DNA from: Pedobacter sp.
GTDB taxonomy: Bacteria; Desulfobacterota; Desulfuromonadia; Desulfuromonadales; Syntrophotaleaceae
Reading direction: 5' to 3'
NCBI GenBank assembly: GCA_050253415.1
Contig: JBFWJC010000007.1
Span: 1-64,000, forward strand
Length of the DNA: 64,000 nucleotides
The notes beneath the pieces are model-generated. The model was not told the origin of the DNA, ran no database searches, and saw only the letters and a program-made list of their open reading frames with translations. A program made the position numbers and the translations under genes. Positions 43,028 through 53,428 of the stretch are shown here, piece after piece. Within the stretch, counting starts at the first letter, position 1, and the number at the start of each line of letters is the position of its first letter.

Positions 43028-44212
43028 CTATTTTAGAATATCCTTTATTGATGAGCAGATAAACTCCAGTTCTTTCTCGTTAAGAGACGGATAAATGGGC
43101 AGAGAAACACAACCTCGCCAGATTTTTTCCGCATTCGGAAAATCATCTGGATCCAGCGAGTAACGATTTTGGTAATAGGACATCCTGTGCAACGGTTTAT
43201 AATGAACCGAGGTACCAATGCCCCTGGTTGCCATCTGTTCGATAAAATCTTTTCTATGAACCAATGATTCATCCTTCAAAATAATGGGGAACAGATGCCA
43301 GGCATGACTTTCATAATTTCCCATAATTACAGGGAGATCGACACTTTCAAGGCTCTGCAATTTATCAAAATAGAAACGTGCGCATCGCTCTCTGTTCTGG
43401 CGTAACAGATATGCCCGCTCCAGTTGCGCCAATCCGATGGCGGCATTAATATCGGGCATATTGTACTTAAACCCTGGCGCAAGAACGTCATATTCCCAAG
43501 ATGGATTTTCCGAAGTATAGCGATTCCAGATATCGCGGTCGATGCCATGCAGGCGCATAAGTCTCATCCGGTCGGCAAGACCAGGATCATTGGTTGTAAC
43601 CATGCCGCCCTCACCGGTTGTAATGGGCTTATTGGCATAAAAGCTGAAACAGGTTATATCGCCGATACTACCAACCATCTTTTCCTTTTGCTGTGCAGGA
43701 AAAGCGTGGGCGGCATCTTCAATGACCCGAATGCCATTTTCCCGACAAATGTCAATAAGGCCAGGACCGTGTTCCCCGATCATGTCGGCAACCTGTCCTC
43801 CAAAATGGACCACAATCAAGGCCCTTGCTCCTGGATAGTCCGCAATCGCTTTTTTCAATATGGCCGCGGTAATCAAACTAGTTCCATATTCCACATCAAG
43901 AAAGATCGGATCGGCGCCCAGATATCTCACAACCTCAGCTGTTGCGGTAAACGTCATGGTTGGAACGAAAATTTTATCGCCAGGGCCAATTCCTAAAGAT
44001 TCCAAGGCCAGATGTAATGCTGCCGTACAAGAATTGACTGCGCAGGCGAATTCGGCGTTAACGATAGCAGCGAACTTTTCCTCAAATAGCGCACACTTCC
44101 CGGCAGTCGTTAACCAACCGCTTTCCAGAACCTCCCGGATGAGCTCAAGCTCCTGGCCGTCACAAATAACGCGCGAATAAGGTATTTGGATGGAATTTTC
44201 GGAATCATTCAT
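43028..44212 (-). CDS. Second DegT-family aminotransferase (alternative in-frame start at 44257)
   Basis: NSCTAALHL, IEDAAHA, SFYANKPITTGEGG. Confidence 0.92.
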   Translation of the reverse strand: MNDSENSIQIPYSRVICDGQELELIREVLESGWLTTAGKCALFEEKFAAIVNAEFACAVNSCTAALHLALESLGIGPGDKIFVPTMTFTATAEVVRYLGADPIFLDVEYGTSLITAAILKKAIADYPGARALIVVHFGGQVADMIGEHGPGLIDICRENGIRVIEDAAHAFPAQQKEKMVGSIGDITCFSFYANKPITTGEGGMVTTNDPGLADRMRLMRLHGIDRDIWNRYTSENPSWEYDVLAPGFKYNMPDINAAIGLAQLERAYLLRQNRERCARFYFDKLQSLESVDLPVIMGNYESHAWHLFPIILKDESLVHRKDFIEQMATRGIGTSVHYKPLHRMSYYQNRYSLDPDDFPNAEKIWRGCVSLPIYPSLNEKELEFICSSIKDILK

Positions 44213-44285
44213 AGTTGCTGAGATACTCCTTGTATGGGATGCACAAGTAACATTCATAGTTGCGGAGATACTCCTAGTATGGGAT
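44206..44285. repeat. Two 35-bp direct repeats (period 45), each carrying an RBS and ATG
   Basis: cattcatagttgctgagatactccttgtatgggat (44206) versus cattcatagttgcggagatactcctagtatgggat (44251). Confidence 0.9.
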
Positions 44286-44306
44286 TTACTCAGTAACGTG
44301 CTATTT

Positions 44307-45470
44307 TCAGCTGTTAGATTCCATTTTCGGACAAAGGATATCGGAATATATTTTTTCGTACTGCCTAACAATTTTATCGAGCGAGAACCTGTCCTGTATC
44401 CGTTGTCGACCGAGGGCGCCTAATGTGGCACGACCATTCTGCCCAAGATCGATCAACTCCTGCCAGGCACGGCACAATTCCTCAGGCTGTCCTGGGGATA
44501 CAATCCTACCGGTTTCCCCCACTATATAAGCCGAATCTCCGACATCCGTCACCACAACAGGCACACCACACGCCATCGCCTCCCCGATCGTATTGGAGAA
44601 GGCTTCTCCACAACGTGAAGAGGAAGTAGCGATATCAAAAGCTGCCGTAATTGCTGGGATATCCTTACGCAGACCAAGCAAATGTACAGAGCCGTCAAGA
44701 TTCTTACCATTTATAGAACGAAGAAGATCAGGATTTTCATGAGCAATATCATAACCACAAAGAACAAAATGGACACGAGGATAGAGTCGTTTAAGCAGTT
44801 CCGCAGCTTTAAAAAAGGTAGCGTGGTCTTTTTGAAGATGGTATCTAGCCACTAACCCGATAACGATTGAATCGTCAGGAATGGATAATTCCGCCCTAAT
44901 TTGACTTTTGGCGTGGGAGTCGGGGGAAAATTGAGTCAAATCAAAACCATTAGGGATGACAACAATCTTCTTAGGGTCATAGCCCAGATTTACATGAATG
45001 TTTTTAGCCTTTTCCGCACAACAGATGATTTTATGAGGCAATACGGATGAAATAAGACTACATACCTCGGCCGTCCAGACAGTTGTTTTTTTATCAACCT
45101 GAGGATCGAGATTACTATGACGGATATTCCATACAACCGGAATGTTTCCCGCCAGTTTAGCTGCTAATCCGCCAGCAAGATCAGCATGATACATCCACGT
45201 CTGGACCAGTTGAGTTTTATCCTTCCTAAAGATGCGTATCAATTTAAAAAGACCTCTTGGATCAGGTATTCCAGGCTTCAACCCGAGAATAGTTACAGGT
45301 ATCCCGATCCTCTCAAATTTTTCACATAGAGTAGTGTAAGAAAGCAAGGAGGTGACTTTAGGTGAGAAAACATCCCGATTGATATTAGACAACAACTTCA
45401 ATAGCATCATTTCGGCGCCATTGGAGCCCAAACCGGTAATAACAAAATTAATACGTAGTTTTTTTTTCAT
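44307..45470 (-). CDS. GT4 glycosyltransferase
   Basis: GAEMML, QTWMYHAD, EAFSNTIGEAMA. Confidence 0.92.
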   Translation of the reverse strand: MKKKLRINFVITGLGSNGAEMMLLKLLSNINRDVFSPKVTSLLSYTTLCEKFERIGIPVTILGLKPGIPDPRGLFKLIRIFRKDKTQLVQTWMYHADLAGGLAAKLAGNIPVVWNIRHSNLDPQVDKKTTVWTAEVCSLISSVLPHKIICCAEKAKNIHVNLGYDPKKIVVIPNGFDLTQFSPDSHAKSQIRAELSIPDDSIVIGLVARYHLQKDHATFFKAAELLKRLYPRVHFVLCGYDIAHENPDLLRSINGKNLDGSVHLLGLRKDIPAITAAFDIATSSSRCGEAFSNTIGEAMACGVPVVVTDVGDSAYIVGETGRIVSPGQPEELCRAWQELIDLGQNGRATLGALGRQRIQDRFSLDKIVRQYEKIYSDILCPKMESNS

Positions 45471-45689
45471 AAAGGCCTACAATTTCATCCTGAGTTTGAT
45501 TCATAAGAACAGCTTAGTACGGGCGACCTAAGTTAGAAGGACGGGAAAGAATTTTTTCATCATCCTATCGTGTCATCTTATTGAATCAAGGGCACAACCA
45601 ACAAAAACTCTTTTGTGTGTTGAGTCAATTTTTTGAAAAAAAGGGTGTTTAAAAAATCGTTTAAAATAGAATAACGATCATATAGATAA

Positions 45690-46799
45690 TTAAATACCCA
45701 TCAAATCGGTCATTATTTTATTGACGACATTTACATCAAATTTTTTTTCACAGTATTTTCTACTTTCATGCCCCATTATTTTGGCTTTTTCAGGATTCTC
45801 AATCATCCAACACATTTTCTCGGCTAAAATTTCTGCGTCTTTAGGCGGGACCAAAAATCCATTTATATAATTGTTAACAGTTTCCTTACATCCAGGAGTG
45901 TCAGTAGTAATAATGGGCCTACCAGTAGCCATGGCTTCTAAAATAGTTCTTGGAACTCCCTCTCCATAGAAACTAGGCAAAACATAACATGTACACAAAT
46001 TATAATATTTGTGAACATTTTGGCTTACACCTTTATATTCAATAGTACCCTGTTTTATATATTTTTCTAAGTCCTTTTCTTTCATAGCACTAATAGCTTC
46101 ATCAAAGGGACCTAACAATAAGAATCTTGCTTCAGAAAATTTCCTTTTTACGATTATAGCAGCATCAATATATTCTTTTATTCCCTTCGCCCAAATTAAC
46201 CTGGAAACTAATAAAAAAACGGGGTGTGATGGCATGTCAACTTCTGAAAATTTTTCCAGATTAACACCCGATCCATTCACAACCTTACACTTACAATCAT
46301 TTATAAGTTTCAATCTACTAAACAAGGCAAAATCATCATAATTTTGAAAAAATATGATATTGCATCGTTTAAAGACAATTTTCATTAGGGGAAATATGAT
46401 TGTTTTAACGACACTTGATTTCGCACCTCTCATTTGAAATAAAGCCCCCCTACCATTTATAATAGGGAATATTTTCTTCACCCCGGCAAGGGTCGCAGCC
46501 ATACTTCCATAAAATGCCATTTTTATTCCATATGTGATAATCAAATCAGGTGATTCACGTTTAAAGTTATCTTTTAGCTCTAAAATCAATTTTAATTCGG
46601 AAAAAGGATTCATGCCAATTCTGTCTAATTTTACTCCAAGGTATCTAACTCCCAGAGAAGCAAAATTATTTACACATTCAGTTTCATGCCTTGGTCCAAT
46701 AAAGACGAGATCGTGCCCTTTGCTTTTAATAAGATCTATCAACTCTTCTCTAGAAACATGCATTCGCTTGGCACTAACGCTTAATATCGCTATTTTCAC
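45690..46799 (-). CDS. GT4 glycosyltransferase (AT-rich)
   Basis: FFQNYDD, GSGVN, EGVPRTILEA. Confidence 0.9.
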   Translation of the reverse strand: MKIAILSVSAKRMHVSREELIDLIKSKGHDLVFIGPRHETECVNNFASLGVRYLGVKLDRIGMNPFSELKLILELKDNFKRESPDLIITYGIKMAFYGSMAATLAGVKKIFPIINGRGALFQMRGAKSSVVKTIIFPLMKIVFKRCNIIFFQNYDDFALFSRLKLINDCKCKVVNGSGVNLEKFSEVDMPSHPVFLLVSRLIWAKGIKEYIDAAIIVKRKFSEARFLLLGPFDEAISAMKEKDLEKYIKQGTIEYKGVSQNVHKYYNLCTCYVLPSFYGEGVPRTILEAMATGRPIITTDTPGCKETVNNYINGFLVPPKDAEILAEKMCWMIENPEKAKIMGHESRKYCEKKFDVNVVNKIMTDLMGI

Positions 46800-47379
46800 G
46801 ATACAAATCCTCTCGCCTGAATACTTTATAAAATGTCAAAAATATAATTTTTACATCAAGCATCATTGTTAAATTATCAACGTAAAACAGATCATTTTTT
46901 TGTCTTTCTTCAATGGTACAATTATTTCTAAAATACACCTGGGTATACCCTGTTACCCCGGGTCTAACAGAAAACTTTCTTAAATAATCTTTTGAATATA
47001 AGTGTTCGTTTCCTGTTGGACTTGGTCTTGGACCTACAAAACTCATTTCCCCTTTTAGTACATTAATAATCTGAGGTATTTCGTCAATACTTGACTCTCT
47101 AATATATTTTCCAATCTTTGTGACTCTATGATCGTCTTTGGCATTATATGTACTTCCATCTTTATTTCGAATATCCTTCGAATTAATTTTCATAGAACGG
47201 AATTTATACATTTTAAATTTTTTTTGATTTTTACCAAGACGTTCTCCTGCAAAAATAACACTTCCACCATCTTCCAATTTAATGCCAATACCTACTATTA
47301 AATACAGGAAAACAAATATTGGTAATAACAATATAGACAGCAAAATATCAAAAAATCTTTTGAGGTATTTACTATACAT
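46774..47379 (-). CDS. Second phosphoglycosyl transferase (AT-rich)
   Basis: KFRSM, SIDEIPQ, MSFVGPRP. Confidence 0.92.
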   Translation of the reverse strand: MYSKYLKRFFDILLSILLLPIFVFLYLIVGIGIKLEDGGSVIFAGERLGKNQKKFKMYKFRSMKINSKDIRNKDGSTYNAKDDHRVTKIGKYIRESSIDEIPQIINVLKGEMSFVGPRPSPTGNEHLYSKDYLRKFSVRPGVTGYTQVYFRNNCTIEERQKNDLFYVDNLTMMLDVKIIFLTFYKVFRREDLYRENSDIKR

Positions 47380-47503
47380 AACAACACCCTAATCGATACT
47401 CAACCGTGTAATTAACTAAATACAATTTTTTTAACTCGGAAACAATATTTGTAAATATATGTTAGTGGTAGACGGCGTCTGGCTATTATCAAAGGATCTT
47501 ACC

Positions 47504-48619
47504 CTATAATTCTGTGCGAGATTCCAACGCCTTATTATTCCCAAATACTTCTTCAAGGACCTCATCCGTCAACTCACCAAATAAAGGTCCATTATTAAGC
47601 TGATGAATACCTAAATCACCCAATCGGAGATTGGCTTCAATCAAGATAGGCTCTCCATCTTCTCCGATGGCGATATCCCACGATATCAGTCTAAAATGGG
47701 CCATCTTTTCTTGTTGTTTTTTAACAATTTCTTTTATTTTATCAAATGAAGGAATAATACACTCTGTAAAATTAAATCCTTGAGGGTGCCTCTCATATTT
47801 AATGCCGTACTTAGAGTAAGCAACATCTTTTAACTGTCCACTTTCTTTTATCCCACACGTAATTCCTCCTACACTAGCATTATCTACCCTACTTCCATTA
47901 ACGCCCATTCTTAAAATGGATGATAAAATATGGACTTTCCCTTTAAACAATAGTGTTACTATTCTAATTGTATTAACTGAGCTTGGATGTATTCGTTTTA
48001 TTTCACAATGCTGCACTATTATTTTTTGAACAACAAAGTTTTGAAAGTCGGACAAAAGATACTTTTCTAGTGCTTCCAACCCATCTGTTTCACTCCAAAA
48101 TTTAATCCCTTTGGCACCTCCTGTTCCAACGGAAGGTTTTATAATCAGACTTTTGTTTTCGTCACATAAATCCATGACTTTTTTTACTGATATTATGTTG
48201 TAGTTTTTATCATGAAAAAAACCATTAATTTTTCTGACTACAATTGATGGTTGCCTTACGTCATAAAACAACAAAGAAAAATAGTTTTTATCCATCATTC
48301 CGAAGCTATGTTTTCTATTATTGAAGTGTTGATCAATAATTGTATAATACAAGTCATCTGGCATATATCTAGCATCAAAATTATTGTTTCTTGATGAGTA
48401 ATATTTATGCCAATGAGGTTTGACTTTTTTTGTATATTTACTCCAATACGATAATACTTCTTTTTTAAAGCTTGGTGATAATGAATCAGTTTTTAAAGAG
48501 TAATTATGTTTCAATCTCCAATTATATAATATTTTAATTGCAAGGTTTATGGTACAGATTTCACTTCTATCAAAAAAACCATATATGAAATTTTTTGCAT
48601 TATCTTTGAGCTTCATCAC
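47504..48619 (-). CDS. Sugar-transfer-associated ATP-grasp protein
   Basis: IIKP..G.GG.G, SVNTIRIVT, DN...GG, SWDIAI...LIEAN. Confidence 0.8.
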   Translation of the reverse strand: MMKLKDNAKNFIYGFFDRSEICTINLAIKILYNWRLKHNYSLKTDSLSPSFKKEVLSYWSKYTKKVKPHWHKYYSSRNNNFDARYMPDDLYYTIIDQHFNNRKHSFGMMDKNYFSLLFYDVRQPSIVVRKINGFFHDKNYNIISVKKVMDLCDENKSLIIKPSVGTGGAKGIKFWSETDGLEALEKYLLSDFQNFVVQKIIVQHCEIKRIHPSSVNTIRIVTLLFKGKVHILSSILRMGVNGSRVDNASVGGITCGIKESGQLKDVAYSKYGIKYERHPQGFNFTECIIPSFDKIKEIVKKQQEKMAHFRLISWDIAIGEDGEPILIEANLRLGDLGIHQLNNGPLFGELTDEVLEEVFGNNKALESRTEL

Positions 48620-48758
48620 TAAACCCTTATCTCAAATGTTCAAATATAATAATTAAAGAACTATACATGCAGTTATATAGGAAACATTTTATAAAATGGT
48701 CGATTTAATTACTATATTCTTTATTTAAAGCATTTATATAGATGCGGTTGGTTCATAT

Positions 48759-49874
48759 CTAGGTGTTTTTTGTAATAAAGTATCCTATTTTCTCGAATCT
48801 ATTATTTATTGGCCTTACAATTTGATCTTCTTTATAATATGTTGAATAACACAATGAATTTTCTGGAACCTTATACTTCCCATAGTCCACTTTAGAATTT
48901 GGATATGCACATAAAAATTCTAACATGTATCTATCTTTTGATTTTTTGTAGTTTCTTATTTCACTGGTATTATTATATAGCAAATGTTCAAACAACAACT
49001 TTATAATATTTACCCCAGTATAATGCAATAGAACCTTCCACATATGGCAACCATCCAACCGTGGTGTTACTTCTATAATTATTGGTTTATTTTCTAAAAG
49101 TTTTATTTGAAAGTACATAGGACCGTTATAAATATTAAGTTTTTTAGATACACGTTCCACCAACTCAAGGAGCTCAAATTCAAGTTCCTTGTTTATTATT
49201 TTTGATGGAACAATATGTTTGTGAATTAGTCCGCCTTGAAATTGTTGCCAACACACTCTATCTGACGGAACTAATAATGCTATTTTTCCGTCAATCATAT
49301 AAACATTAACTGATAATTCAGGGCCGCTTATATATTCCTCAATAATAACAAAACCTGACCTAGAGTAATTTTTACTAACCATAAACTTTTCTTTAAAATC
49401 AACCTCATTATGTATAAGTTGAACTCCCCTTTGTCCTTGAGAGTCTGCGGGTTTCATAATAAAAGGAAAGTTAAGGTAAATATCCTCATATTTATTATCC
49501 AATACTTGGTAATTTAGATTACCTTTAAAATCTTTTCCAAGGAATGCTCTCATTTCATTTTTGTTGTTGCATATTCGTGCTGTTTCCCCTGAGACAAAAC
49601 CAGGTAAATTGATTTTTTCGCTAATTTCTGAATAAATTCTTGTGGCTATATCAGAGCCAACTGAATATACACAATCAATTTGATTGTTTTTAATATAGTC
49701 AATCACCTTATCAATGTAAGTAAAATCCAATATTTCATAATTATCGGCTTCTTTACTTCCTGGTCCATCATCACTCTTTGAGCACGCATAGGTTTCAATA
49801 CCCATTTCTTTCAATATACGAATCGCGTCTGCTTGAACCTCAGATACACCTAAAATCAAAACTTTTTTCATCAA
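48759..49874 (-). CDS. ATP-grasp protein
   Basis: KPADSQGQRGV, IEEYISGPE, IEVTPRLDG. Confidence 0.85.
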   Translation of the reverse strand: MMKKVLILGVSEVQADAIRILKEMGIETYACSKSDDGPGSKEADNYEILDFTYIDKVIDYIKNNQIDCVYSVGSDIATRIYSEISEKINLPGFVSGETARICNNKNEMRAFLGKDFKGNLNYQVLDNKYEDIYLNFPFIMKPADSQGQRGVQLIHNEVDFKEKFMVSKNYSRSGFVIIEEYISGPELSVNVYMIDGKIALLVPSDRVCWQQFQGGLIHKHIVPSKIINKELEFELLELVERVSKKLNIYNGPMYFQIKLLENKPIIIEVTPRLDGCHMWKVLLHYTGVNIIKLLFEHLLYNNTSEIRNYKKSKDRYMLEFLCAYPNSKVDYGKYKVPENSLCYSTYYKEDQIVRPINNRFEKIGYFITKNT

Positions 49875-50107
49875 TTATCCCCCTATTTAGAATATTTGTT
49901 ACTACAAAGCTTTGATTTTCGAATGGGTTTTCCGAACCGACAGAAGCAGATCTGTGCACAAAAATGGTTCAGAGCTGAGTCTTTACTTTCATTAGAGCCA
50001 TAGGTGGTATTAATGTTTACACAATCGGCATCTCGCAGATTTCCTTCATCGGCTAAGGTTTGCATACAAGAAAACTCTTTCTGCGATACCCAATACACTT
50101 ATCCTTT

Positions 50108-51502
50108 TCAGCCGGAAATAGTTGTTAGACATTGAGATCCGTGCCGCCTGATAAGGAGTAACAAAAACGTACCCATCACCAGATAAAATCCGATTTTCAG
50201 AGAAATAACTGGGCCGCCATACATGATGCGGAACCCCAGAAAAATCATCCAAGCTACTCTGAATACTTCAATAATCGTTTCATTGTCACCAGAGAATAAA
50301 CGGTCAGCCATCCTAAGCGTTGCTCCAAACGCAAGCAGAAGAAGCACCACTCCGATAGCTCCGCCGCTGTAGTATCCGAAAGAAATCAGATCAATAGGTA
50401 TGGGACCGTTAAACTGTATAAAATTAAAGCTATCAGCGGTCTCCGGTAGATTGACATGAAATATTCGCTTTGGAATCAGATAAGCAATCGCTAATGGAAA
50501 ATCAACAAACAGGTGGTATGGAACCTCGTAAGGGACAGCAAAACAAACCGTGTTGGCTATAGTCCCCAAGGGGAAAGCAAATTCGCTCAGTATAGACACC
50601 AGAACAGAAAAATTTTCAGACTCAAGCAATACAATTTTGCGAGAAAATGCACCTGGATCGATAATAATGTGCGCAAACTGTTTACCGAAAAGGATCACAA
50701 ACACGGCCAAACAGAGTCCGAAAATAAGGGGCCGAATTTTTAAACGCCCGCGAATCATCATACTGACTAACGGAAAAGTAATGAGGTAAGAAACGAATCC
50801 CAAGCGACCAGCCATATGAAACAATTGAACCAATGACAGCAGGAAAGTTACAAAAAACAGAGAGCAATAAAGCCAGGTTCGATGATGTTTCTTAAAATCT
50901 TTCCACAAGGCATAATAAAAAAAGGATGAGGATAAAAGCAGTGGGGAGATATTTTTCAAAAAGGCATAAGGGGTTATAATCGGAGGGTTATCCGATCTCA
51001 TAGGCCCAGCTAATCTGATCAGTTCAATAAAGCCACCAAGCTCCCGAGCGTAAATGAGCAAAGATGATCCACCTACGACGGCAAGTAATGTACCGGATAT
51101 AAACAGTGCCTTTTCAGAATACGTACGAGGACCGTGTATTTCTGCCACGATAGGTACTCGGCCTACTCCATTACAAAGGGAAGAAACAATCCCCCCGGAA
51201 CCACTATAACCGAAAAACAGGAGTAAATAACCGGCCAAGGCATAAAGCTCACCGTAAACTAAAGAAATCGGCTCCAAGGTATGAAACTTCAACCAACTGA
51301 ACCCCGAGTCGGCAAGACCTGTGTGACTAGAGTAGTCGATCATGATCGGGCAAACGACAAAAACGATGAAGTAGAGCACACTTAAAAACCCGAAAAAGTC
51401 CAAAAGTCGGTGATTTTTAGGCCGGACTACCTCGATCACAATGATCAACAATCCAAGAGTGGCAGCGATAAGGGTCAGCATTTTTGCTCTTGGCACCCCC
51501 AT
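50108..51502 (-). CDS. Probable Wzy-type polymerase
   Basis: About 10 TM segments and EPS-locus context; no diagnostic motif. Confidence 0.6.
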   Translation of the reverse strand: MGVPRAKMLTLIAATLGLLIIVIEVVRPKNHRLLDFFGFLSVLYFIVFVVCPIMIDYSSHTGLADSGFSWLKFHTLEPISLVYGELYALAGYLLLFFGYSGSGGIVSSLCNGVGRVPIVAEIHGPRTYSEKALFISGTLLAVVGGSSLLIYARELGGFIELIRLAGPMRSDNPPIITPYAFLKNISPLLLSSSFFYYALWKDFKKHHRTWLYCSLFFVTFLLSLVQLFHMAGRLGFVSYLITFPLVSMMIRGRLKIRPLIFGLCLAVFVILFGKQFAHIIIDPGAFSRKIVLLESENFSVLVSILSEFAFPLGTIANTVCFAVPYEVPYHLFVDFPLAIAYLIPKRIFHVNLPETADSFNFIQFNGPIPIDLISFGYYSGGAIGVVLLLLAFGATLRMADRLFSGDNETIIEVFRVAWMIFLGFRIMYGGPVISLKIGFYLVMGTFLLLLIRRHGSQCLTTISG

Positions 51503-51889
51503 AAAAACATGGCTGAATATACGTTAAGTTAGCAATTCGGCGGTGAGCGAATCTGTCGCCAAAACGCACTGTCGAAACACCGTTGAATGTGGTGATCAAA
51601 TTTTATTACAGCATAACAAAAACCACACACCCCGCAAGGCCCACAGACAAACACCACACCCCTGGAGTATAGTCCCTACAGACCGATCTTTACAGCCCCC
51701 GCCCGCTGCACATGTTCAGAATGACAAAAAATAAAAGCAAAGCTGAAAAGCCCAACAGAGTGGACACCAATATCGATAGAGAACGTCGTACAAGAACAGG
51801 TATGTTGGTGAAATAGGATGTCTATATTCAGGATAGTCGCAATCAGCTGACCACCGAGTAGAAACAAGCGAGAGATATGTCAGAGATGT

Positions 51890-53242
51890 TTATTCAACAG
51901 CGGCGGCCATCTGGTGCAATACTTCTTCTATATTTGTGTAGCCGTCACCGTCGTCGTCGCCGTTGGGATTGGACGGGGCAACAAATTGCCGGATGTTTTT
52001 GGCATAAGTCGGCCATCCGCCACCCTGTACAGGGGTGTCGATAATGTCCCCACTGCCATTCCAGACGTCATTTACCACCCGCTCGTCGAGACTGTCGCCA
52101 TTACTCGTCCCGCGTTCGGCAGGCCGTGCACCGCAGCTTTGCAGCACATAACTTTTAACGCTGCTCGTCGGAAGAATGGTGATGTTATCGTAGGGCACCG
52201 GAGGCGTCCCCACCTGCGGATTACCCCACGACGGAGGATCCATCAGCGGAACAGAAGCACCCGACTCATCAAGCCGCAAAATCAGATTGTCCGATGTGTA
52301 GACTTGCGAACCGACCTTGGTATTGTCGGCCCACCACAGGGGCGCCTTGGTCGCATATTCAGGGCCATCTCTGAAAACATTGCCGATGGTCGACTGAAAA
52401 AGGGTCCCGGCATTGTAGGAATCGCTGTAGTGCATGCGGCCACTTCTGCCGCCATTGTAAACGTAGTTATTGATCACCACCGAGGTGGTCCCACCCTTGG
52501 CGTTCGGGCCGTTACGATCGTCACTTGATGAAATCAGGTTACGCAGCACGGTTATTTTCTTGGCATAGTCACCGATGAGGAAGCCCTTGGAATGGGCACC
52601 TTCCGGGTGAATCGAGTTATCCAGACCTTCGCTGACAATGCAGTTGGAAATGGTGATATTGTCCAGACGACTGTCTTTATAGCCCCAAAGTCCTATGACC
52701 TCGTCAACCGCCCACTGGAAGGAACAGTGGTCAACAACAACATTGTAGATGTCCGAATGACCGACAATCCCCAAACAATCCCGCTCCCCCTCTTCGGAGG
52801 TGTTGTAGGACCGCTCATCACCCGGACGCACCCGGATATGCTGTATCAACACATCGTGCGCGGAGATTTTAAGCCGCCGATTTTTCAACATGATGCCAGG
52901 GGCCGGAGCAGTCTGACCGGCGATAGTGATATATGGGTTGGTAATGATCAGCTCGCTCTGCAGGTTAATGATCCCGGATACTTCAAACACGACAATCCTG
53001 GAGCCGCAGGCCTGCACAGCAGCGCGCAACGACCCTGTCCCGCTGTCATTCAGGTTGGTAACCTTAATGATCTGCCCGCCTCGACCGCCAGCCGTTTCAG
53101 TACCGAAACCTTCTGCACCGGGAAATATTTTCAACTCACCCAGTTGCGAGGTAATTCTATTGTAGCTGCAGGTATTTAATGTGCAGCACATAACGACCAT
53201 GGCGGATAAAGTCCAGATGTAGAAAAATATGGTACGGGCCAT
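51890..53242 (-). CDS. Exported PL1-type (pectate lyase-like) beta-helix protein
   Basis: FPGAEGFG..TAGGRGG, GSLRAA, TIAGQTAP, VDHCS..WAVDE; C-terminal DDDGDGYTNIEE. Confidence 0.85.
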   Translation of the reverse strand: MARTIFFYIWTLSAMVVMCCTLNTCSYNRITSQLGELKIFPGAEGFGTETAGGRGGQIIKVTNLNDSGTGSLRAAVQACGSRIVVFEVSGIINLQSELIITNPYITIAGQTAPAPGIMLKNRRLKISAHDVLIQHIRVRPGDERSYNTSEEGERDCLGIVGHSDIYNVVVDHCSFQWAVDEVIGLWGYKDSRLDNITISNCIVSEGLDNSIHPEGAHSKGFLIGDYAKKITVLRNLISSSDDRNGPNAKGGTTSVVINNYVYNGGRSGRMHYSDSYNAGTLFQSTIGNVFRDGPEYATKAPLWWADNTKVGSQVYTSDNLILRLDESGASVPLMDPPSWGNPQVGTPPVPYDNITILPTSSVKSYVLQSCGARPAERGTSNGDSLDERVVNDVWNGSGDIIDTPVQGGGWPTYAKNIRQFVAPSNPNGDDDGDGYTNIEEVLHQMAAAVE

Positions 53243-53354
53243 GGTTTTGCTCCTCTTATGGAAGTAGGGTAATAATTATACACTACATCATAACACCATA
53301 ACTAGTTAATATCTAATGACAATAACCCAACTTTACGAACGTTTTGCCCGGCGT

Positions 53355-53385
53355 AAAAAAAAGGGATCGTCCAAAGGACGACCCC
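53355..53385 (-). terminator. Intrinsic terminator between the two lyase genes
   Basis: GGGGTCGTCC-TTT-GGACGATCCC-T8 on the minus strand. Confidence 0.85.
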
Positions 53386-53428
53386 GCGCATAGCATATGC
53401 ATAATATTTGTAGTAACGTTATCCGTCG

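Noticed and set aside
44206..44285. Possible mini-CRISPR
   Set aside because: Only two units with a 10-bp gap and no cas genes; better explained as an RBS/start duplication.
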